From a virus (taxonomy: Duplodnaviria > Caudoviricetes), in IMG/VR virus record IMGVR_UViG_3300027863_001452, positions 1 through 25,642 of that record: a stretch of 25,642 nt of DNA; one strand, given 5' to 3'. Each line of letters starts with the position of its first letter. Within the stretch, counting starts at the first letter, position 1. The position numbers and the translations under genes are program-made. A model generated the notes under the pieces. The model was not told the DNA's origin. It made no database searches and saw only the letters and a list, made by a program, of their open reading frames with translations. Below, piece by piece: positions 1 through 5,840 of the stretch.

Positions 1-1
1 T

Positions 2-199
2 GAAGAAAAGATTTTTGAAGAGATACTTAAGGTAGCAGAAAACTTAGGTTATTCGGTGGACGACATCATATTCCATGCAGATGAGGTGGGGCAAAAGATA
101 ACTTTAGAAAAACTGATAAACACTGCATTCAAGCTAGTGAACGATGAACTTTCATATGACCTTGAAGAGTTACTATTAGTTAAACCTATCCTCGCATAA
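2..199 (+). CDS. Hypothetical protein, C-terminal fragment (5'-truncated by window edge)
   Basis: Open frame EEKIFEEILKVAENLGYSVDD...LLLVKPILA ending TAA at 197-199, followed by a pyrimidine/T-rich terminator-like tract. Confidence 0.7.
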   Translation, partial: EEKIFEEILKVAENLGYSVDDIIFHADEVGQKITLEKLINTAFKLVNDELSYDLEELLLVKPILA

Positions 200-220
200 A
201 CTCTCCCTTTTCTTTTTTTA
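200..220 (+). terminator. Pyrimidine/oligo-T terminator-like tract
   Basis: ACTCTCCCTTTTCTTTTTTTA directly after the stop codon; similar tracts follow the stops at 526(-) and 1224(+). Confidence 0.55.
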
Positions 221-234
221 GAAATATTTAAAAA
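221..234 (+). promoter_or_regulatory. Archaeal BRE/TATA promoter of the tRNA
   Basis: GAAATA-TTTAAAAA about 25 nt upstream of tRNA position 1 (256). Confidence 0.6.
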
Positions 235-255
235 TGTAGGTAAAAGAATTTGTGT

Positions 256-330
256 GGGCGTGTAGCTCAGCATGGGGAGAGCAGTGGTCTTATAAGCCAC
301 AGGGCGGAGGTTCAAATCCTCCCATGCCCA
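256..330 (+). tRNA. tRNA-Ile, anticodon UAU (no intron, CCA not encoded)
   Basis: Full cloverleaf: acceptor GGGCGTG/CATGCCC plus discriminator A; D stem GCTC/GAGC; anticodon stem GTGGT/GCCAC with loop CT-TAT-AA (TAT at 291-293); T stem GGAGG/CCTCC with loop TTCAAAT. Confidence 0.92.
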
Positions 331-349
331 CTTCAAAAAACTTTTTTCT

Positions 350-487
350 CTAAATTTCAACTTCTTTTTCTGGGTCAGGGGTATAATAACGGCAGAACAC
401 ATGGTAACAGTCTTGGCCTTCGTAACCGTAAAGTTTGCATTTGTCTCCTTTAGGATAAGAGGAAAACTTGCAATATCTAAACTTCAT
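350..487 (-). CDS. Small Cys-rich protein (45 aa; not in ORF track)
   Basis: MKFRYCKFSSYPKGDKCKLYGYEGQDCYHVFCRYYTPDPEKEVEI*; GAGGTGA SD upstream; four Cys. Confidence 0.6.
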   Translation of the reverse strand: MKFRYCKFSSYPKGDKCKLYGYEGQDCYHVFCRYYTPDPEKEVEI

Positions 488-503
488 TTTCTCACATCAC
501 CTC

Positions 504-525
504 AAAAAAAAGAAAGGAGAGGAGT
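504..525 (-). terminator. Pyrimidine/oligo-T terminator-like tract after acrIII-1
   Basis: Minus strand TAA-ACTCCTCTCCTTTCTTTTTTTT. Confidence 0.55.
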
Positions 526-858
526 TTATAGGACTTCGCTTCTCACTATCCAGAATTCTAATTTAGATAGTTCTTCATCACTCAATATCTTTCCTTCTGG
601 AAGTCTTTGTTTGAGAAAGAAATGTATTCCAATGTCTCCCTTTTCGAAGTACACTGAAATTCTGTTCACAGGTATTGGTATTCCAAGTATTCGTGAAAGA
701 AGTTGTGCTGAACCTTCGTGGCCAACTGCTGAAACGAACTTGTTATTTGAAAGTATGTCTTTCGCTTCCTCAACAGATATTTTGTTCAATCTCACCTTTA
801 CTTCAGCAACCTTGTCGAAATTTACGGGTACGATTAAACTATTTAGGATGTATATCAT
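526..858 (-). CDS. acrIII-1: AcrIII-1 family anti-CRISPR viral ring nuclease (DUF1874; STIV B116/SIRV1 gp29-like)
   Basis: 110 aa; N-terminal YILNS, SAVGH motif with His47, NR (Arg66), RLPEG (Arg85, Glu88); same residues and numbering as the characterised SIRV1 gp29; GAGGTGA SD. Confidence 0.93.
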   Translation of the reverse strand: MIYILNSLIVPVNFDKVAEVKVRLNKISVEEAKDILSNNKFVSAVGHEGSAQLLSRILGIPIPVNRISVYFEKGDIGIHFFLKQRLPEGKILSDEELSKLEFWIVRSEVL

Positions 859-924
859 TTTTTACATCACCTCTGCATTAGTATAGCAAAGTCAGGTTTA
901 TAAACTTTTCAGTGGAAACAGAGG
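856..924 (-). promoter_or_regulatory. Conserved promoter/leader unit of acrIII-1
   Basis: Minus strand CCTCTGTTTCCACTG-AAAAG-TTTATAAA-N11-TATACTAATG-CAGAGGTGA...ATG; closely matching unit at 3621-3688. Confidence 0.8.
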
Positions 925-958
925 TTATAGGAAATTTGCGTCAAATAGAACATGTGAA

Positions 959-1023
959 GTGCAGTGGAAAAGTGGTGTTTATATAGTGGTTATGTGTATA
1001 GGATGGTAGGTGGTAGAAAAATG
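959..1023 (+). promoter_or_regulatory. Related promoter/leader unit of the 1021-1224 gene
   Basis: GCAGTGGAAAAGTGGTG-TTTATATA-N11-TATAGGATGGTAGGTGG...AAAAATG; same TATA-N11-TATA spacing and ATGGTAGGTG leader as 3621-3688. Confidence 0.65.
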
Positions 1024-1224
1024 AACTCAATAAATGTTCACGAAAAAGTAGTAAGAGAAGTGGAAGCAAGAGAGTTCGTATCCGCAGACTCAAAATTCGC
1101 AGTCCTAGTGTTGAAAGGAGAGAATCTCGAAATAGACTTCTATTTCAAGGATAGAGAAGAGTTACAGGAACTGATTTCGAAAATAGAAGAAGCATACAAG
1201 AATATAAAAGTGATTAAAAAGTAA
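1021..1224 (+). CDS. Hypothetical protein (67 aa)
   Basis: ATG at 1021 with GGTGG SD is more plausible than the ORF-track GTG at 964, which lies within the promoter; T-rich terminator follows. Confidence 0.75.
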   Translation: MNSINVHEKVVREVEAREFVSADSKFAVLVLKGENLEIDFYFKDREELQELISKIEEAYKNIKVIKK

Positions 1225-1301
1225 AACTCTCTCCTCTTTATTTTTTATTTTTTCTCTCTTTTTGAAAAAGTTTATAAATGTGTATGTTATGATTATTTGT
1301 T

Positions 1302-1538
1302 ATGGCAGAAGAAAGTGAATTGTTGAAAGAGTTGAAGGAGATAAAATCTGAAATAAAAAGACTGTCAGAAGATGTAGGGAAAATTACTTATATCTTAACC
1401 GAGAAGTGGAAGAGGGAAGAATATAAACGTCTTGGTGGCATGAGAAGGGATGTATCAGATTATTTAGATGAAGAAGAATATCATGAGTACATAAAATCTT
1501 ATATGCATGAGAAAGAAGATGATGAAGAGGAAGTCTAA
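1302..1538 (+). CDS. Hypothetical acidic/coiled-coil protein (78 aa)
   Basis: ORF with GAAAAAG-TTTATAAA promoter at ~1264-1278; acidic C-terminus. Confidence 0.75.
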   Translation: MAEESELLKELKEIKSEIKRLSEDVGKITYILTEKWKREEYKRLGGMRRDVSDYLDEEEYHEYIKSYMHEKEDDEEEV

Positions 1539-2290
1539 TATTTCTTTTCATACTGAAGTTTGTGTCGTGTTCTGAATCCGTAGAAGTTGTCGTAAACACG
1601 GTTAACTGGAATGATACCTTTTTCTTCCTGGGTACTCCATTTCAGCCACCATGAAAAGAATTTGACAAATTCTTCGCCACGAAAATTACTGATATCCATT
1701 TCGTGTATTCTTTCGGCATGCTCTAGTATGTCCAGAAGAGAAAATTTGAACTTTCTCGATATAACAATTTCTGTACCGCATTTGCAAACTATCTTTTTAA
1801 CGACCCCCAAATCAATTTCCTTTGTCCATAATGAGATAAAGTTCTGTAATGCCTGATAGTTTTCTTTTACCCATTTTCTCATTTCCTCTCTTCTTTTCTC
1901 AGAGACATGTTGATATTCCCTTTTCAATTGTTCATTCGCACTAGCAATTAGAAACTTGTTTACCAAATTTTCTAGAGTTGAATTGAGATTTTCAGCTACC
2001 ATCTGTGCATAAGTATTGTCTTCTGAAAAAGGATGTCTTTCTTTAAGAATCTGTTCTAGCTTACCAGCCGCTACAAGAGCCTTTTCAACGTCATCAGAAC
2101 ACTCTATTCCCTTTGAAGTGAAATGTTCAGCAAGAGATATTCTCCACTCAATTGTTCCAAGAAGATACTCAATAAGGTCGAGTGTTTGAGAGAAACCGGA
2201 TTTTTTCTTCTCTTCTCCGACCAGGTTATATAATTCCTTAGTACGACTGATAACATTATTTTGAATGTATTTTTCTAATTCTTCAGACAA
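1535..2290 (-). CDS. Hypothetical helical protein with possible CxC...HxxxxH Zn site
   Basis: 251 aa; TTG start with GAGGTGA SD; VCKCG...EHAERIH. Confidence 0.75.
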   Translation of the reverse strand: MSEELEKYIQNNVISRTKELYNLVGEEKKKSGFSQTLDLIEYLLGTIEWRISLAEHFTSKGIECSDDVEKALVAAGKLEQILKERHPFSEDNTYAQMVAENLNSTLENLVNKFLIASANEQLKREYQHVSEKRREEMRKWVKENYQALQNFISLWTKEIDLGVVKKIVCKCGTEIVISRKFKFSLLDILEHAERIHEMDISNFRGEEFVKFFSWWLKWSTQEEKGIIPVNRVYDNFYGFRTRHKLQYEKKY

Positions 2291-2302
2291 AATTTTCTCA
2301 CC

Positions 2303-3007
2303 TCATTCAAAATAACTTTTGATTGCAAAAAGACTATCGATTATATCCTGTTGTATTCCGTTCTTGTCAAAGTTTTCAGGTATTTGAGATATATCGATTT
2401 CAATCTTACCTTCTGAAGTAAGAGAGGCCTTTGCAACAAACTTTTCCCTGTCAAATCTGATGACAAGAGTAGTATTTTTGTAGAAGAAGTTGTAGATTTT
2501 TCTGGTCAAAATCTTGTAATCAACATTGTTTTCAACTTCCTCTTTTACCTTCCAAAGTTCATTCTGCAATTTTTCTTTCTTCTCTCTCAATTCCCTGAAC
2601 CTCTTTGCCCGATTAGAAATTGTGAGCACATTCTCCTTTCCTTTCACATTATCACTGACGACAATAGTTGGTTTTGTTGCAGAAACCTCGATGCTTGAGA
2701 AAATGAGAGTGTCTTCTGGAGAAGAATATTTTTCCCTGGAAAATGTAGTCTTTACATTAACACTAATTTTGTTTCCACAGACAGGGCAAACAATTAAGTC
2801 TGTCCTGTCAGGGATTGAAGTTTGAAAACAGCATGAGCAAACTATTTTTTCAGGATATTCAAAAATATCGAGTTCACCTGGAAACGAAAGTACAAATGAT
2901 TTTTTCTGTGCCTCCTCGTCAATTTCCTGTAATGCTCTCGAAAAACCTTTTATCGACTTGAGAGCATTAGCAAAACTTGTGAGTTCAAAAAATTCAATTT
3001 CTTCCAT
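2303..3007 (-). CDS. Hypothetical protein with Zn ribbon and coiled coil
   Basis: 234 aa; CSCC...CPVCG; GAGGTGAGG SD; co-oriented cluster. Confidence 0.75.
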   Translation of the reverse strand: MEEIEFFELTSFANALKSIKGFSRALQEIDEEAQKKSFVLSFPGELDIFEYPEKIVCSCCFQTSIPDRTDLIVCPVCGNKISVNVKTTFSREKYSSPEDTLIFSSIEVSATKPTIVVSDNVKGKENVLTISNRAKRFRELREKKEKLQNELWKVKEEVENNVDYKILTRKIYNFFYKNTTLVIRFDREKFVAKASLTSEGKIEIDISQIPENFDKNGIQQDIIDSLFAIKSYFE

Positions 3008-3020
3008 TTACTTCCTCACC

Positions 3021-3251
3021 TCAATTTCCTCCTAATCTTTTGGCCTCTGTAATCCAGTATTCGAAGGCACTCTTGGAAAAAATGTTGTTTGTGTCAGTGA
3101 CAAAGATTTTAACAACATTTCTTGTCCAGTCAACGAAAGCATTGAGAGGAAATGTTTGTCCTTTGAACTCATTTGTCTCCTTCAACCCCAAGAACAGTGT
3201 TATAAAGTTCTCTAACTTTTTGCAGTCAGGGAATTTGATTTCGGCTTCCAT
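3021..3251 (-). CDS. Hypothetical protein (76 aa)
   Basis: ORF with GAGG SD, tightly packed in a minus-strand operon. Confidence 0.7.
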   Translation of the reverse strand: MEAEIKFPDCKKLENFITLFLGLKETNEFKGQTFPLNAFVDWTRNVVKIFVTDTNNIFSKSAFEYWITEAKRLGGN

Positions 3252-3260
3252 TTTCTCCTC

Positions 3261-3623
3261 TCACTCTCCTAACAAGTGAAATCCTTCTCTTTTCAAATAT
3301 TTCTTCTGAAGTTCTGCTATCGCTATCCACCTTTCATTATCGATTTTCTGAATAAGATAACTCGATTTTATTCTCTTTCTTGCCCACTCGATTCTTTTGT
3401 TGAACTTTTCATCTAACTTCTCAAGTTCTTCGTGATACTCTCTCGGAAAACCTTGTTGAATATACTTTGTTGAACCGACACCTCTTATTGCCCACAGCCC
3501 TATATGTTTCCATTTAAAGTCTTCATCTTCTCTCTCACTTAAAGAAAACGGTGGAGAGGCCACCTTGAGTGAGTTCACTCCCTCACTCACGGAGATTTGG
3601 TTTTCTTTTTCTCTTATTTCCAT
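3261..3623 (-). CDS. Hypothetical protein (120 aa), first gene behind the conserved promoter unit
   Basis: ORF with AGGTGA SD and promoter at 3621-3688. Confidence 0.75.
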   Translation of the reverse strand: MEIREKENQISVSEGVNSLKVASPPFSLSEREDEDFKWKHIGLWAIRGVGSTKYIQQGFPREYHEELEKLDEKFNKRIEWARKRIKSSYLIQKIDNERWIAIAELQKKYLKREGFHLLGE

Positions 3624-3688
3624 TTTCTAAATCACCTACCATTAGTATAAGAAGACAACCTATATAAACCTTTCAGTGGAAACAAAGG
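3621..3688 (-). promoter_or_regulatory. Conserved promoter/leader unit (copy of the acrIII-1 promoter)
   Basis: Minus strand CCTTTGTTTCCACTG-AAAGG-TTTATATA-N11-TATACTAATG-GTAGGTGA...ATG. Confidence 0.8.
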
Positions 3689-4060
3689 TCAATAGAACCT
3701 TAACATTATCCAACCACCACTTCCACAGAAACCTTAAATAGGGAGCACCAGAACACACGTGCCAAGAAAACACTTCACAAAAACAAGACCACAACATAAA
3801 CTCCAAAGGAAACAATGGTAACATTTTCTGACACCACCACTTCCACTGAAGACTTAAATACCCCCCAACCACCATTTCCACTGCACCCACGAGGAAACAC
3901 TTAAATACAATCCTCCAATGGAAACAGTGGAAACAAAGGAGACAAAAAACGACACCACAATTTCCACTGCACAATACCATCTCTAGAACGTTTACTGTTT
4001 GTTTGGGTTTCTGTTCTTGTTTTGTCTTATGGTGGTTGTTTATATGTTCTATTTTTTTGT
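3660..4060. repeat. Non-coding repeat locus with ORB-like boxes and skew inversion; candidate replication origin or regulatory hub
   Basis: TTCAGTGGAAACAAAGG (3672), CTCCAAAGGAAACAATGG (3801), CTCCAATGGAAACAGTGGAAACAAAGG (3913); CCAC-preceded TTCCAC(A/T)G at 3721, 3841, 3876, 3962; A/C-rich to ~3985, then G/T-rich. Confidence 0.65.
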
Positions 4061-4163
4061 GTTCTTGTCAGTTTATCTTTCTTTTAACGTCTCCTTCTCT
4101 TCTCCTCTAACCGCCTCATATCCTTTGAACCTCATTTGTAAGTTTCGTTCGCCCACGTTTCTT

Positions 4164-4325
4164 CTAATAATATAGAAGGATGCTGTGGTAACTGTCACTG
4201 TTTCTAATCCGAGGAAACTTCCATGTGTATCCACATTTTACGCACATCACTTCATTTAATATTGTATCAAATAGTAGTTCACTGTTTCCACATCTAGGAC
4301 ATTTCAGAGACACATTTTTCTCCAT
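4164..4325 (-). CDS. Small TFIIB-type zinc-ribbon protein (53 aa; not in ORF track)
   Basis: MEKNVSLKCPRCGNSELLFDTILNEVMCVKCGYTWKF...; CxxC-x15-CxxC; ATG abuts the upstream stop; GGTGG SD. Confidence 0.7.
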   Translation of the reverse strand: MEKNVSLKCPRCGNSELLFDTILNEVMCVKCGYTWKFPRIRNSDSYHSILLYY

Positions 4326-4553
4326 TCATTTCCACCCTTCATCTTCTACTGTTACCACTATTTCATAGCCTCTTGCAAGTGTTTCAGCTACCATGTCACC
4401 TAACATTTTTTTGGAACAAGATAACAGTCCAATATAAATCAGCACCCTTCTAATATAATTTGTTGCCTTCATGATATCGTCAAATATTTTAATAAATTCT
4501 ATGTTGGTTGCACAAGGATACCTATAATATATTTTTATATTGTTAGTCTTCAT
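4326..4553 (-). CDS. Hypothetical protein (75 aa)
   Basis: Likely start MKTNNIK at 4553 (GGTGG SD, overlaps the upstream gene end); ORF track extends to 4601. Confidence 0.6.
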   Translation of the reverse strand: MKTNNIKIYYRYPCATNIEFIKIFDDIMKATNYIRRVLIYIGLLSCSKKMLGDMVAETLARGYEIVVTVEDEGWK

Positions 4554-4947
4554 CGTCAAACCACCATTCTGCACGACGGCATATAAGGTGACAGAGTTCA
4601 CTGAAGTCTATAAACTTTTCTCTGCTGACACCAAATCTTGTCAACCTTTCATCGCCAAGAGAATATTTTGTGTACACTATCTCATATTCTATTTCCTCGT
4701 TTTCCAGAGACCTTCTTATCTTTGTAACAATTGAACCGTCTTCTCTAATTTCCTCTTCCTTCTTCTCTTCTACTGGATACGCTTTCTTTAATTTTATGTA
4801 AAATATGCTGTCGTCTTTTGTTTCGAAAGGAAAGTCTTCGGGAAGTTCATTAAACTCGTTCCATTTGACAAGCTTATCGAAGAGGCTTTCGTCTTTCATG
4901 ATATGATAAACTTGGTCTTTTCTAACATAAATTTTATTGTCGACCAT
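4543..4947 (-). CDS. Hypothetical protein (134 aa)
   Basis: ORF with GGAGGT SD and TTTATAAA box at ~4986. Confidence 0.75.
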   Translation of the reverse strand: MVDNKIYVRKDQVYHIMKDESLFDKLVKWNEFNELPEDFPFETKDDSIFYIKLKKAYPVEEKKEEEIREDGSIVTKIRRSLENEEIEYEIVYTKYSLGDERLTRFGVSREKFIDFSELCHLICRRAEWWFDDED

Positions 4948-5010
4948 TTTATTTTACCTCCGACCGTATCAACAATTTGCCCCATTTATAAATTTTATTG
5001 CCAACTATTT

Positions 5011-5406
5011 TCATTTGCCTCCCAAAAGTGTCCTATATGACATGTGGACGAGGAGATTGTAGAGTGGGTTCACAAGATAATCTTCTGTCGGCAATCCTCT
5101 TTTCTTTAATTCGCCTCTTATACCATCTTTTAATGATGCTTCTATTTTTTCAAGATATTCTTCTGATATATTGTAAAATTTCAAGAGACTTTTCAGTTCT
5201 TCTCTGATTTTGGCATCGTCTGCGAAAGTGCACTCTAGAACATCGTAAACGGATATTTCGTTCAATTTAATTTGAAATTCGATTTGAGGCAAGGCTAACC
5301 TAATTTTCCATTCTCCCATAGCATTTGATAATAAGGTTTCATTTGTCATGTTCATAACGACACTCTCTATATTCTTTCCTCCTTCGGTGGAATGCCAACA
5401 TACCAT
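5011..5406 (-). CDS. Hypothetical protein
   Basis: ORF; true start probably ~5355 (MNMTNE), after the upstream gene's stop. Confidence 0.65.
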   Translation of the reverse strand: MVCWHSTEGGKNIESVVMNMTNETLLSNAMGEWKIRLALPQIEFQIKLNEISVYDVLECTFADDAKIREELKSLLKFYNISEEYLEKIEASLKDGIRGELKKRGLPTEDYLVNPLYNLLVHMSYRTLLGGK

Positions 5407-5783
5407 GATACTGTCAACATGTCATCTTCTGATAAAACCAGGTTAGATGTAATGTCTTTTTCATATAATTTTTTTCCATTCACATCCAACAATGCTACCA
5501 ATACATGATATCCTTTAGCCTTCATTGAGAAGAATAGTCTGTACCAGTAATCTGTTATCTTTTCCACGTCAAGTTCTATATAGTCTAATAAGATTTCGGT
5601 TTCATCGCCTACTGTTCTCGTTAATTTCACACGTACTGATGGCTTGAAACCTTTTCCTAACGCCTTCACTAACTCTATTTCTCTTTGAGCACTTTCTAGC
5701 CACCTGTTCAACTTCTCTTCTGGTGAAATGTCACATGTACAACCGTATGGTAGTTCCTTATAGCATGTTAGACATGAGACCAT
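5367..5783 (-). CDS. Hypothetical protein with N-terminal CxxC...CxC
   Basis: 138 aa; TTTATAAA box at ~5822. Confidence 0.7.
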   Translation of the reverse strand: MVSCLTCYKELPYGCTCDISPEEKLNRWLESAQREIELVKALGKGFKPSVRVKLTRTVGDETEILLDYIELDVEKITDYWYRLFFSMKAKGYHVLVALLDVNGKKLYEKDITSNLVLSEDDMLTVSWYVGIPPKEERI

Positions 5784-5840
5784 ACTATTTCACTTCCAAC
5801 CATATTATCTATTTGTTCTTATTTATAAATTTTGTTATTT

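Noticed and set aside
256-330. tRNA as an integration (att) site
   Set aside because: No integrase and no duplicate of the tRNA 3' end seen in the window; cannot be excluded from outside sequence
49-453. ORF-track entries 49..402(-) and 250..453(+)
   Set aside because: They overlap the tRNA and better-supported genes; WAWEDLNLRP is a typical antisense-tRNA translation artefact
3660-3980. 106-aa minus-strand ORF
   Set aside because: Its Cys/Trp/Val/Phe-rich composition simply reflects the skewed repeats, and it runs into a promoter
3660-3990. Mini-CRISPR array (GAAAC-ending motifs)
   Set aside because: The repeats are short and degenerate with irregular or ~120-bp spacing; there is no 24-40 bp identical repeat with unique spacers
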